This document shows positions 10,501 to 20,231 of a DNA stretch of 64,000 nucleotides, piece by piece; the first letter of the stretch is position 1; each line of letters begins with the position of its first letter. The notes beneath the pieces were generated by a model. It saw nothing but the letters and a program-made list of their open reading frames with translations, was not told the DNA's origin and did not search any database. The DNA is from a virus. Location of the stretch: positions 1 to 64,000 of IMG/VR virus record IMGVR_UViG_3300005096_000137; one strand, written 5' to 3'. The position numbers and the translations under genes were made by a program.

Positions 10501-11405
10501 AAGCTAGCCCTATCAATGATACTAGAGATGTCCTAGGCGTCGTAGCATCATCTGTAAAGGGTCTCGCGGGTACATTCATAGATTCCATCAGTGAGGTTGC
10601 TGAATTTACTGGTCTCAAGGATGAGACCGAGAAAATAGGGTCTGGTCAAGGCCGGGTGAATGCTGAACTCGTTACTCAGGGAGCCATAGATCTCGTTCAA
10701 ACGATGAGCGATATTAACGATATTGGCCCGCCGAGCGCCGAGGCATTAGCGAAGATCGTCACAGGGTTAAACTCCCTAATAGATCTTCGTAACGAGACCG
10801 TAACGAAAGCGACGTTTGGGGGAGGAAACTTGAATGCTATCCCACAAGCGGGGGCAGATGATGCGTTACAAAAGGCTATTGACGCGCTTGAGAAACTACG
10901 TGGCGGGGAAGCTACTGAGCTGATTGACCCAAATGCCCCAGCTAAAGCCGCAGCAGTTAACCAGGCACTCACCCCTATCCCTGGGACCCTGTCGGCAGCG
11001 ACTACCCAGGCAAGTGCCTTGAGAAGAGAAATCGAAGGAGCAGTTGCTGCCGCTAACAAACTCACCCTTGGTGGTGGAGGTGCAGCAGCCAATGCAGCCA
11101 TAGGTCGTTTCTTTCCTAAGTACCTAGCTGGCGGTGGATTTGCCGCCCGAGGCTCTGACAAAATTCCGGCAATGCTTTCTCCTGGTGAATTTGTTATCAA
11201 CTCCAGGAGCACCAAGAAATTCTACTCCCAACTTCAATCAATGAATGCGGGTCAGCAACCAATCTACCGTCAGGAAGGCGGACCTGTCACCAACGTTGGT
11301 GACATCAATGTATCTGTTGGAAGTGGTAAGGATGCCACCCTCACAGGTCGTACTATCGCACGGACCCTTCGTCGGGAACTGCGACGAGGATCCTCTTCAC
11401 TCTAA
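7539..11405 (+). CDS. Tape measure protein
   Basis: 1288 aa, Ala/Gln-rich helical, TP901-type core, hydrophobic segment, C-terminal SDKIPAMLSPGEFVIN. Confidence 0.93.
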   Translation: MAEEVKQIIGIDVSGAIAAVTALEKKLAGFGTKLSLLSKKMKSFNNAANKAFKFGNAGKDIDKVKRSVDALGRSASQLKALKGFKDIFKGIAPTGGGPAESLKQIPEVTAKATTALGKLSQAAKRFGTTSASSFGKATSTVQSMGKATIAALKPMTIGFQTLGRIISTQLIIRGISAIGQAFSSAVGGAIEFQLQMSEIQSISQGAFSGFEKAASDVRGISDAFNTPLGEAGEGLYQIISNQIKGAANQVDVLKQSAILAKVGVAELGSTVELVTGTINAFQLAHSDAARVSAVFFETVRLGKTRISELNQSFGQVATLASEAGVRFEELAGAFATVTVNGISTAQAQTQLKGVINALLKPTKEMTEALNKAGFASGQAALKGIGFAGVMRLLQDATGGSAAKLAKLIPRVRGLAAGMILGRNETKQLTEAIAAMDAAASDLAAQKFELRLETNAEQVQTLLNKLKNTMVVDVGQAILKVIAQFLEWTQVGEGLNNILKSLADAMPIIAVAIGSIGIAAGLALLTLVPFGAILGGIVALLASPAIALAAGIAAVGAAGAVAVIGMNVAENHAKGSFGRVVAAAEAAAAKEVAAERKLRAQIIGIREKRSRETQTIVAKAIAEERAAISELTVAYAVENDKRLKDIQTTMSGIGKLNADLLDNLKSEREGATEAAISGEKKVGTLQAQLADNQFNFANKQKSARTQALNAEKRAADLGQQAATALASARTDEQRQAANALAQRAAGFQQQAAAAAGQTKDLGLINRIQQSGVQLQQQAISATQQQVALQKKIAADIAKVEKVEQARVAKLQAGIRKVTEIADKLKFGEPGDRKKLIKDLQKATAEVRKLSKPASGSKTLGETLALEKFISDSKNFEQSQKQKGISISGTINASDFVKMEEEFVKALTAGYDRAVAAFQAAGFTIDVKLDAENLKLIQGGGAEAIGALDNLADDVTTQAEAGRTQLQAAELQKRNSEDFSATLKGLKEGQASPINDTRDVLGVVASSVKGLAGTFIDSISEVAEFTGLKDETEKIGSGQGRVNAELVTQGAIDLVQTMSDINDIGPPSAEALAKIVTGLNSLIDLRNETVTKATFGGGNLNAIPQAGADDALQKAIDALEKLRGGEATELIDPNAPAKAAAVNQALTPIPGTLSAATTQASALRREIEGAVAAANKLTLGGGGAAANAAIGRFFPKYLAGGGFAARGSDKIPAMLSPGEFVINSRSTKKFYSQLQSMNAGQQPIYRQEGGPVTNVGDINVSVGSGKDATLTGRTIARTLRRELRRGSSSL

Positions 11406-11418
11406 CTGAAAGTTAAAC

Positions 11419-12054
11419 ATGAGTGCTTCAAAACTAAATGCACGTAGTAGTGCATCTGCACAGTTGGTCCGTGCTGGCAATCGAGTCCAAGCCACGAACC
11501 TCAACCCTACTGAGCCCTCCAAGACGTCCCTCTCAGGTCGATACATTGTGCAACACTGGCGAGCTGGTCGCCGTCACAATGAATACCACTTCAACAACGG
11601 TATTGTTGATGAAGGTAAGAACAAGCTGTTGAACGTCATGTTTGATGGTGCGACTCAAATCTCGACTTGGTATCTTGGTCTCATTGACAACAGTGGCTTC
11701 ACGGCCTTGGCTGCTGGTGACACGTATGATGACATCGACCAGGCTGGCAACGGCTGGGACGAGTTCAAGAACTACACGGATGGTAACAACGCTGACAACA
11801 CGACGACTCGACCCGAGTGGGGACCTGATGCGGCGTCTGCTCAGTCAATTACCAACAGTGTGGTAAGTGTTTATAACATCACTGGCTCCGGAACCGTCAA
11901 AGGCGTCTTCGCAGCGGGTGGTGGTGCTGCCCCGAATATCAAGGGTGACCATGCAGCAGACGCTACCCTGTGGGCAACCGCTCTGTTTACGAGTGGAGAT
12001 GTCACGGTTCAGAATGGCGATCAATTGAAGGTCACCTATACCGTCAGTGCCTAA
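11419..12054 (+). CDS. Tail-associated virion protein
   Basis: N.IV.EG.N.LL...WYLGLI...GD.L.VTY pattern of tail proteins. Confidence 0.6.
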   Translation: MSASKLNARSSASAQLVRAGNRVQATNLNPTEPSKTSLSGRYIVQHWRAGRRHNEYHFNNGIVDEGKNKLLNVMFDGATQISTWYLGLIDNSGFTALAAGDTYDDIDQAGNGWDEFKNYTDGNNADNTTTRPEWGPDAASAQSITNSVVSVYNITGSGTVKGVFAAGGGAAPNIKGDHAADATLWATALFTSGDVTVQNGDQLKVTYTVSA

Positions 12055-12149
12055 CCTTTTGGTGTCCGCTGTATTTAACAGACACACTATTGCCCTCCTT
12101 GTTCAGCCCGCTGCTGGGCTCGGAGGCGGTAGATTGTGCCTTGGGTTTG

Positions 12150-12201
12150 TTGATGAACTAGTCTACCTGAAGTATAACACACGCGACTGGGGGGTTGTCA
12201 A
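12150..12201. promoter_or_regulatory. Overlapping opposed sigma70-like promoters
   Basis: + strand TTGATG-17-TATAAC (12150-12178); - strand TTGACA-19-TATACT (12201-12171). Confidence 0.45.
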
Positions 12202-12376
12202 GCAGACAACCTGTGTAAGACCTTTTCCTAGGTACGCTTTTGTACCGTTACGTCACCCCAGTAACAAGTAACCCACCCGAACAGGTGCGAGCGTAATCTC
12301 CCGCACCGGGGACCAGGTTGGCTAGGGACGGCCGCCTGCTCTCTTTTCTTACCCTGAACCCCACCCTGGAGTCCCA

Positions 12377-13294
12377 ATGGTACGTCGCGAACGACTGGCG
12401 AATAACGCCGAAACAGTACTCGCCTCAGCGGTGGTACCCGCAGATGGCACCATCACGGTCGCCAACCCTACCAACTTCCCCACCGAAGGAGACTTCAGGA
12501 TTGCCATCGATAACGAACTGATGCTGGTGACATCAGTCAGTGGGAGCACTTTCACAGTGACCCGAGCTATCGAAGGTACGACAGCCTCTAATCACACCGA
12601 ATCAACCCCTCTCGCCGCCATCCTAACCAAAGAAGGAATGCAACGCCTCATTAGTGAGAGTGTTGATCCATTTGCCTTCTCCCGCAACCCTTATCGCATC
12701 CAAGACACCAACGGAAACCTTCTTACCGCATCAGATTTCACAGCCCTCACAGGCTCCAACACTACAGTGGTTGATAATTCTGATGGTTCGATTTCTGTTC
12801 GATTCCTAGCCCCGTCCGCAACCGAACGACTCCCCCGGTTTGTCCGCACGGCCCCCAGCACACCCTACACCATCACGATGGCAACCAAGCTGACAGCAAT
12901 TTCGGCTGGTACCGTTAGTGGTCCAGTGTTTGGACCTATCTTCCGTGACAGTGTCAATGACGAAACCCTACTGTTCCGTTTACGACCATTTGCTGACCTT
13001 AGTGATAGGCTCTCCGTGAATCATCTGGCTGCGGAGGTCTTCCAAGCCACGTTATTCACACGCCTAAGAGCAGAGCCGTCTCCGAGTGCAACCATCTGGT
13101 GGCAAATCGAGGATGATGGGACTAATCTCTTCTGGAGAATCTCTGCAAATGGTGTGGACTGGGTTGAGGTCCACACAGAGGGTCGCACTGCGACCATGAC
13201 GGGCGCCCCGGACCAAGTTGGCTTTGCAATCGACAATGCGAATGTGACACTGTATGATGCTATTGGAACTCTTATGGCGTATGATGGTGAATAA
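12377..13294 (+). CDS. Putative fibre/receptor-binding protein, array B (1/5)
   Basis: N-terminal FP.EG.FRI.ID.E.MLVT..RG.EGT.A..H module plus ConA-like C-terminus (W..I.DD.TNL....S.DG..W). Confidence 0.75.
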   Translation: MVRRERLANNAETVLASAVVPADGTITVANPTNFPTEGDFRIAIDNELMLVTSVSGSTFTVTRAIEGTTASNHTESTPLAAILTKEGMQRLISESVDPFAFSRNPYRIQDTNGNLLTASDFTALTGSNTTVVDNSDGSISVRFLAPSATERLPRFVRTAPSTPYTITMATKLTAISAGTVSGPVFGPIFRDSVNDETLLFRLRPFADLSDRLSVNHLAAEVFQATLFTRLRAEPSPSATIWWQIEDDGTNLFWRISANGVDWVEVHTEGRTATMTGAPDQVGFAIDNANVTLYDAIGTLMAYDGE

Positions 13295-14193
13295 TGGTTA
13301 CACAAGAACGGTTTGTTAACAACGCCCAAACCACCCTGACGTCCAAGTCCCTCTCAGCGGATGCAACGATCACCGTCATCAACGCAGTGGACTTCCCCAC
13401 TGAGGGTAACTTCCGTGTCATGGTTGACACTGAGATTATGCTGGTGACAGCCGTCAGCACGAACATCTTCACCGTCACAAGAGGGGTGGATGGGACAGCA
13501 GCCTTCGACCATGTGGCAGGTTCACAGGTAATGGCAATTGTCACACGAGATAGCCTATCAAGGATGATTGCTGAGCACACACAAGTCCTTGAAGTACCTC
13601 CATTCCGACTCGCTGATTCGAGTGGTAATGTACTGACATCCGCTGACTTCACGACACACAATGCGGGCACACTCACAGTTACGGATGACCTGTCTGGACC
13701 TATTACACTGGGTCAAACGGGAGTTGGTTCCACTACCCTGGCTAAGATTCTGCGAACAGCCCCGACAGCTCCTTACACAATTGTTGGTGCCTACACACTC
13801 AACGTGATGTCAGCCGGTGCCTCCCCGGGTGGGACCTATGGACCCTTCTTCCGTAGGTCGTCCGCAGATGAAATCCTCTTATGGAGGCATGCCCCTTGTG
13901 ATGTTCTGGCTCAGAGGTGGCGTGTAAGTCACTATTTAGGCGATGTGTTTCAAAGTGGTATCACAAACCTCTCCAGGTTTGAACCAAGCCCGTCTGGAGT
14001 TGTGTGGTTCAAGTTGGTGGATGATAACACCAACCTGGAAATGTGGCTCTCAAATGATGGTATCAACTGGACACTAATGTACCAGGCAGGTCGGTTGGTT
14101 ACACTCGGAAGTGCCCCGGATCAGATAGGCATCTCAATCAACAACATCAGTTCAAAGTCTGGCTTCGTACATCTTTTAGCGTGGCAGGAGTAA
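13294..14193 (+). CDS. Array B (2/5)
   Basis: Full-length paralog. Confidence 0.75.
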   Translation: MVTQERFVNNAQTTLTSKSLSADATITVINAVDFPTEGNFRVMVDTEIMLVTAVSTNIFTVTRGVDGTAAFDHVAGSQVMAIVTRDSLSRMIAEHTQVLEVPPFRLADSSGNVLTSADFTTHNAGTLTVTDDLSGPITLGQTGVGSTTLAKILRTAPTAPYTIVGAYTLNVMSAGASPGGTYGPFFRRSSADEILLWRHAPCDVLAQRWRVSHYLGDVFQSGITNLSRFEPSPSGVVWFKLVDDNTNLEMWLSNDGINWTLMYQAGRLVTLGSAPDQIGISINNISSKSGFVHLLAWQE

Positions 14194-14197
14194 ACCA

Positions 14198-15088
14198 ATG
14201 GCACGAGAACGACTTGAGAATGGATCAGTTTCAAACCTGAACGGGACAATCAATGACACCACGACCACTGTCGCGGTGGGTGACGCTGGGGTGTTCTCCT
14301 CGGTGCCTCAGTTCCGTATCATCATTGATTCAGAGATTATGCTGGTCACGGCTATCGCGGGTAACAACTTCACAGTGACCCGAGGAGCCGAAGGCACCAC
14401 AGCCTCAGCACATACTAATGGTGCTGTGGTTGCTCAGATTATCACCCGCGAAGGACTGCAACGGTATCACCGAGACTGGTCGCCTGCGTTCGATGATTCG
14501 GCGAGGTCACCCTTCCAACTCCTTGATCAGAGTAACAACACTCTGGAGGTCGCCAACTTCACCTGGCAGAACCAGGATGGCGCCACCGCCGTGGACATGA
14601 ATAGTGGTGGGATCATCCTCACGGACCCAACCAAAGCAACCGATGGTCTGTCATCTCTGATCAGAACAGCTCCGTCTGCCCCATACACCATAACTGCTGC
14701 ATTCATCCCCATGTGGAAGAACTTAAACACCCCAAGCTTTGGTGTGGTTGTGAGGGAATCCGGCACTGGTAAGTTATCGAACATGTCCTGGAGTAAAGGC
14801 TCAAACCTGGTTGCGAGTAACTATACAAATGACACCACCTTCTCAGCGGACATCAAAGCCTCCGAGGAATGGAGTTCCCCAAGTGGACCTGTCTGGCTTA
14901 GGATCGAGGATGATAATACCGATCTCAATTTCTCGATGTCAATGGACGGGATTCACTTTATCCAATTTGCAACCCAAGGTCGCACGTCTTTTATGGCTGG
15001 AGGGCCAGACCAGGTCGGTGTGGTCATCAACAACCTGAACTCGGGTATTGACGCTAAAGTCACCTTACTCGCTTACCTTGAGGAATAA
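14198..15088 (+). CDS. Array B (3/5)
   Basis: Full-length paralog. Confidence 0.75.
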   Translation: MARERLENGSVSNLNGTINDTTTTVAVGDAGVFSSVPQFRIIIDSEIMLVTAIAGNNFTVTRGAEGTTASAHTNGAVVAQIITREGLQRYHRDWSPAFDDSARSPFQLLDQSNNTLEVANFTWQNQDGATAVDMNSGGIILTDPTKATDGLSSLIRTAPSAPYTITAAFIPMWKNLNTPSFGVVVRESGTGKLSNMSWSKGSNLVASNYTNDTTFSADIKASEEWSSPSGPVWLRIEDDNTDLNFSMSMDGIHFIQFATQGRTSFMAGGPDQVGVVINNLNSGIDAKVTLLAYLEE

Positions 15089-15090
15089 TC

Positions 15091-15981
15091 ATGGCTCGAA
15101 GAGAAACATTCGTCAACGCCGCGATTACCGAACTGGCATCCAGCCTGACTGATGTTGCCACAACGGCTACTGTCGTTGATGGAAGCACCTTCCCCTTGAC
15201 TGGGGATTACCGGATTGTCATTGGCGAAGAGCTGCTCATGGTCACTTCCCGAACAGGGGATGTGCTGACCGTCGAGCGGGGGCTGGAGAGTACAACGGCT
15301 GTTGCCCACAATGCGGGTGACCAAGTCAATGCTATCCTCACGAGGGGTGCCATTGAAGACTATACCAAACAAAACACATGGCATGGGAACTCATCCCCTC
15401 CCCTGCAAAACTACATTCTGGCAACGGGCGCCCCCGCAATTGCGTCAGACTTCACTTGGGTTAATCAAGGAACTGCGTCCGCCACTGATCGTGGAGGGCG
15501 CGTTGTTTTGCAGACCCCACCAGATGCCGGCGACCAGATTCGAGGGCTGTTTCAGGCAGCCCCCTCAGCCCCTTATGAAATTATCCTTGCGTGCCATGGA
15601 TCTGGTGAGTCATCCGGGAATGGGCAGATCGGACTGGCATTCCGGGAGTCAGGGACCGGGAAGATTATGACTCTCGCCAACTTCCTGACCAATGATATCG
15701 AAGTCGCCAAGTACACCAGCCCGACTGCATTCAGTGCATTGCTTGGAACAAAGAAGCCCTGGGATGTGGGGCAGTCTGTGACCTGGCTCAAGATTGCAGA
15801 TGACAACACAAACCTGAAGTTCTATGTTGGTCCCAATGGGCAGGATTGGATTGAAGTTGGTTCCGAAGGTCGCACAGTCTTTATGGCTGGGGGTCCTAAT
15901 GAAGTTGGTTTCCACACCAACCCTGATGGCTCCAACACATATGACATCCTAATGGAAATCTTCCACTTCGGAAGTGTGTAA
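15091..15981 (+). CDS. Array B (4/5)
   Basis: Full-length paralog. Confidence 0.75.
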   Translation: MARRETFVNAAITELASSLTDVATTATVVDGSTFPLTGDYRIVIGEELLMVTSRTGDVLTVERGLESTTAVAHNAGDQVNAILTRGAIEDYTKQNTWHGNSSPPLQNYILATGAPAIASDFTWVNQGTASATDRGGRVVLQTPPDAGDQIRGLFQAAPSAPYEIILACHGSGESSGNGQIGLAFRESGTGKIMTLANFLTNDIEVAKYTSPTAFSALLGTKKPWDVGQSVTWLKIADDNTNLKFYVGPNGQDWIEVGSEGRTVFMAGGPNEVGFHTNPDGSNTYDILMEIFHFGSV

Positions 15982-15995
15982 CAAGGAGAAGTCTA

Positions 15996-16913
15996 GTGGG
16001 TAACGCAGTTTCACAAATAATCAACAATGCCATCACAACATTGGCATCCGTAATGGACAACAGCCAGACCACGGTTGTTGTTGCTACTGCTGCCCCCTTC
16101 CCACTTGAGGGGGACTTCTACATTCTGATTGGAACGGAATCAATGCTGGTGACAGCCGTAGCCGGCACCTCGCTCACGGTCGCTCGCGCGGTTGGGGGGA
16201 CATCCGCTGCTGAGCACGGGGCTGGAGCCCTGGTGAAGGCTGTCACCAGCAAAGAATCACTTGGGGACTTCTTCCGGGCACAATGGATCCGGAATGAACA
16301 GATGTCCATTACAAAACCTGTAACTCAAATCCGAGCCACTGTCTCGGATTTCACTTGGGTAAACCAAGGTGCTGCAACAGCAACAGATAGAGAAGGGAAG
16401 ATTGTCCTGAAGGTGCCCTCGGATGGTGCTGGAGACCAGTTGCGTGGGATGGTGATACTGTCTCCAACTGCTCCTTACAACGTCGTACAGGCAATTTCCT
16501 TGCACGCCGAGACAGGTGGTGCAGGCACGGGGATGACACCCTTCCCTCAAGGGGTGTTGATGTTCCGGGAGTCTGGGACCAGTAAGCTATTTACACTGGG
16601 AGTGTTACCCCGCTCGGATGGCCACACCGTCCAAGTCAAGACAATGACCAATGAGACGACTGAATTGGCCAGTAAGGTTCACATACCGTGGCAGTTCGGG
16701 AAGGGTCCAATCTGGCTCAAGATTGAAGACACCAACACAGACCTGAAGTTCTATGTTGGTCCCAACGGGATTGACTGGATTCAGATTTACAGCGAAGGGC
16801 GTACAACCCATATGGCTGGAGGACCCGATCAGGTTGGATTTGGATTCAATCAGAATGGGGTGAACAATAATGAGGCTTTTATAGAGCTTCTTCAATTTGG
16901 ACTGGGGGCATAA
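15996..16913 (+). CDS. Array B (5/5)
   Basis: Full-length paralog; AAGGAG RBS, GTG start. Confidence 0.75.
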   Translation: MGNAVSQIINNAITTLASVMDNSQTTVVVATAAPFPLEGDFYILIGTESMLVTAVAGTSLTVARAVGGTSAAEHGAGALVKAVTSKESLGDFFRAQWIRNEQMSITKPVTQIRATVSDFTWVNQGAATATDREGKIVLKVPSDGAGDQLRGMVILSPTAPYNVVQAISLHAETGGAGTGMTPFPQGVLMFRESGTSKLFTLGVLPRSDGHTVQVKTMTNETTELASKVHIPWQFGKGPIWLKIEDTNTDLKFYVGPNGIDWIQIYSEGRTTHMAGGPDQVGFGFNQNGVNNNEAFIELLQFGLGA

Positions 16914-16915
16914 CT

Positions 16916-18007
16916 ATGGCTTTGCTTTTCATGGAGGGGTTTGACTGGCTTGACAATGGCACCACCTCCACAAGTCTTCAGACAGCCATTTCTCAGAAAT
17001 GGGGACCAGAATACGAGGTCCTTTCAGGTACAGATGCGAATATCATTGCAGGGTGTGGTGGGAATGGACAAGCCTTAGCACTCCGAGAGACCAGTCACTA
17101 TGTCCGATTCCACTTACCAAACACCCCTCTGGCGACTGATGAAGTAGGAGTGTCGTTCTGGTTTAAGTATAACCAGGGGACAGGCGTTCTTGGTTCTGGG
17201 GTCATGATGAAGTTTCTTGACACAAACAATACAACATACCACCTCAACCTAAGAATGTCCACGAAGGGGCAGCTTCAACTGTATCGATGGAATACCTTAC
17301 TTACCACATTTACAGATGTCACATTTGGAAATGATCAATGGTACCACATCGCTATGAAATGTGTTATCAATGACACCACAGGTTCTTGGCAGGTCAAGAT
17401 TGATGATGTGACGGTGGGCTCCGCCTCGGGTACTGACACCAGAGATGGGACTGGGAACAATGGGATCATTGGGTCACTCGAAGTAAATGGTATACAGAAT
17501 GGATCAGCTTCAAATGATGATGCCTCCATGTATGACAGCATTGTGTGCTGGAATGACAACGGGGGTGATTTAGTTGACTTCCCTGGTAAGACGCATGTCC
17601 GCACAAAACACCCTGATGTGGACGGGGACGACGAGCAGTGGGCTCTAAGTAGTGGAGTTGATAGTTATGCCCTAGTCAACGAGACATACCCTTGGGATGA
17701 TGACAGCGATTATCTCGAAGACAGTACAACCAGTAATAGAACCCTCCTCAACTACGAAGCTGTCGAGACCCGAACTGCCTATCATGGGATACAGGTCAAT
17801 TCAGTTGTGCGTGAAACTGACGGAACAGACTTCACACATATTAACACACTCAAGCAGAACAGTGTCCTGTACCCCCAGTCAGGACAAGCCATTGCTGGAC
17901 AGACCTACGAGAATTTGTATGATGTCCTTGACCAAGATCCAAACACCAGTTTAGCCTGGACCGAATCAGGGCTCAATGCCCTCCAAGTAGGAGTGAAAGT
18001 AGGATAA
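16916..18007 (+). CDS. LamG/ConA-like virion protein, array C (1/3)
   Basis: MALLFMEGFD N-terminus, WYHI.MK strand, DP.T..AWT...N..Q.GV C-terminus. Confidence 0.75.
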   Translation: MALLFMEGFDWLDNGTTSTSLQTAISQKWGPEYEVLSGTDANIIAGCGGNGQALALRETSHYVRFHLPNTPLATDEVGVSFWFKYNQGTGVLGSGVMMKFLDTNNTTYHLNLRMSTKGQLQLYRWNTLLTTFTDVTFGNDQWYHIAMKCVINDTTGSWQVKIDDVTVGSASGTDTRDGTGNNGIIGSLEVNGIQNGSASNDDASMYDSIVCWNDNGGDLVDFPGKTHVRTKHPDVDGDDEQWALSSGVDSYALVNETYPWDDDSDYLEDSTTSNRTLLNYEAVETRTAYHGIQVNSVVRETDGTDFTHINTLKQNSVLYPQSGQAIAGQTYENLYDVLDQDPNTSLAWTESGLNALQVGVKVG

Positions 18008-18008
18008 C

Positions 18009-19109
18009 ATGTCTTTACTATTTCTTGAAGGTTTCGATCAATATGACTCTTCCTTGACTTCTGCAAATCTCGAAGCCAATTTGAAGAAGAGCTGGGGTCC
18101 AACTAATATCACAACCGGTAGCCCAGACGGTGAGATTGTGGCTGGACGACATGGTGGTCAAGCTATAAACGGACGAGTTTCAACCCAGTACCTTACAACC
18201 AACCTTCTACGTGACTCATCTGTGGAGGCCGAGGTGTTCTGTGGGTTTGCTTTCAAACTAATCCCCGATCAGCCTCTATTCGCGAATGCGTATCCAATTT
18301 ATATCATGGCTGGTGACCAGTTACAGTTTTCATTCCGAATAAACCAGTCTGGTACACTGGATGCGTACAGGAGTACAAATGCGTTTCTCGCGACGAGTCC
18401 CACCCCAATCTTCCAAGCGAATATGGGTTGGGGTTACTTGGAGTTCCGTGTGAAGATACACGATACAGTAGGCAGTTGGACAGTTAAACTAGATGGAGTA
18501 ACTGTGTGGGATTCGGCTGCAACCTACGATACCCGTGTTGACAGTCAGAGTGTTTATTGGGATTCAATACGGTTCTTCCCCGGAGCAATTGCCCTAGATT
18601 CTGTCCTGGATGATATTTATATCTGTGATAGTATCGGAGCAGCAAATAACACCTTTCTAGGAGATGTGGTTGTTGAGAACATCAACCCCACAGCAGAAGG
18701 GGACACGAACGCCTGGACACCTAGTACAGGGGTAGACAACTCTGCACTTGTGGATGAAGCCCAGAACATTACAACTGCTGGCTTATCAGAAACTGACTAC
18801 GTGGATTCCAATACACCTGGTGACCTTGACCTATACCAATATGCGAACCTTAGCACACTGGCAAGTGCCTCTGCTATCCATGGTGTGCAAGTAAATACTT
18901 GGCGTCGGATTACTGCTGAGCAACCAATGGACTTAATCATCAAGGCTAAGACAGGTACAACTGAGGCAGATATAACCGAGACAGTTAGGCATGATGACTC
19001 GGCACCTGTATTCCAACGCCATGCCATCTTTGAACTGGATCCCGATACTGCTGTTGCCTGGACTCCCAGTGGAGTGAATGGGGCACAATTTGGAGTGGAG
19101 GTTGGCTAA
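18009..19109 (+). CDS. Array C (2/3)
   Basis: MSLLFLEGFD; DDIYICD..G..NNTFLGD. Confidence 0.75.
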   Translation: MSLLFLEGFDQYDSSLTSANLEANLKKSWGPTNITTGSPDGEIVAGRHGGQAINGRVSTQYLTTNLLRDSSVEAEVFCGFAFKLIPDQPLFANAYPIYIMAGDQLQFSFRINQSGTLDAYRSTNAFLATSPTPIFQANMGWGYLEFRVKIHDTVGSWTVKLDGVTVWDSAATYDTRVDSQSVYWDSIRFFPGAIALDSVLDDIYICDSIGAANNTFLGDVVVENINPTAEGDTNAWTPSTGVDNSALVDEAQNITTAGLSETDYVDSNTPGDLDLYQYANLSTLASASAIHGVQVNTWRRITAEQPMDLIIKAKTGTTEADITETVRHDDSAPVFQRHAIFELDPDTAVAWTPSGVNGAQFGVEVG

Positions 19110-20218
19110 TGGCTCTTCTTTGGGCAGATGGTTTTGACTGGATTAACCCTACGAGTGATGGGACGGAAACCCCCCAAGCCCTCATAACAAAGTATACTGG
19201 TGGTTATTCTCTTAACACATCGGTTGTCGCTGAGACTGGACGGGGTGGCAAGGGTGTCGCATGGAATGGAGGCACCAGTTCAGGCAACTTTATAACTACC
19301 CCAGCTATACGGAATCCCGAGTCTGGAAACACCTGTATTATAGGGTTCGCTTGTCGCCCTGGTTCCCCCTTTATCAATAGCATTGCCTTCCTGAGAGTCA
19401 ATCAAGGTGATAACACCCAGGTTGCTTTGAGGTATGACACTTCCAGTAATACAATAGGGCTGTACTGGGGAGACTCAAGCTTACGCGAAAGTAGCCCCAG
19501 TGTAGTTGGGTTGATTGACGCAGACAAATGGGCGTATCTTGAATTCAAACTGGTTATTGATGATTCAGTTGGTAATGTGTCTATGAGAATCAATGGGAAA
19601 CCATTCTGGACATCAGCAAACTATGATACAAAACGTTATGAACTATTGTGGGATAATATATTCATTCGACCACGTGGTATTGCGAGTAATACACATATGG
19701 ATGATTTGTACATATGTGATACTTTGGGTGACACAAATAATGATTTCTTAGGTGATGTTATTATTGAGGCACAAGGACCCAGTATTGATGGGAGTTACAC
19801 TGAGTTTAGCCCGAGTTCGGGTTTATCACATGTGAACCTTGTGAATGACTACGTTCTCCAGGGTACGCCTGCGGAAACCACATACGTTGATTCTCTGGTT
19901 ACGGGTGAACGGGAACTATTCCAGTTTGCTGACCTCCCAGAAAGGATACCAAACCCGAACCCAAAGGTACTCGGAGTTGTGGTTGAGCCTCTCTGGAGAA
20001 TTACGGAAGAGACACCTCGACAAACACGAGGTGTGGCACACCTAAATCGGCAATCAGTCGAAGTGACGTCCAAGGCAGGTGATCCACTCAATGTGGGGAC
20101 TCTAAGAAAAGACTACCTCACCCACACTCCTCTGGTCATAGAGAGTGATCCAAATGGGGAACCCTGGACCTCACGCACTGTTAATAAGTCCCAGTTTGGT
20201 GTCAAGATAGAAACGTAA
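19109..20218 (+). CDS. Array C (3/3)
   Basis: MALLWADGFD; DDLYICD..G..NNDFLGD. Confidence 0.75.
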   Translation: MALLWADGFDWINPTSDGTETPQALITKYTGGYSLNTSVVAETGRGGKGVAWNGGTSSGNFITTPAIRNPESGNTCIIGFACRPGSPFINSIAFLRVNQGDNTQVALRYDTSSNTIGLYWGDSSLRESSPSVVGLIDADKWAYLEFKLVIDDSVGNVSMRINGKPFWTSANYDTKRYELLWDNIFIRPRGIASNTHMDDLYICDTLGDTNNDFLGDVIIEAQGPSIDGSYTEFSPSSGLSHVNLVNDYVLQGTPAETTYVDSLVTGERELFQFADLPERIPNPNPKVLGVVVEPLWRITEETPRQTRGVAHLNRQSVEVTSKAGDPLNVGTLRKDYLTHTPLVIESDPNGEPWTSRTVNKSQFGVKIET

Positions 20219-20231
20219 AGGCAAGGTCAGA

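Noticed and set aside
7505-11215. Long antisense ORFs in the tape measure gene
   Set aside because: Codon-bias shadows of an Ala-rich gene; no RBS or motifs
12377-20218. Diversity-generating retroelement or invertible fibre cassette
   Set aside because: No RT, no adenine-specific TR/VR pair, no invertase or inverted sites seen
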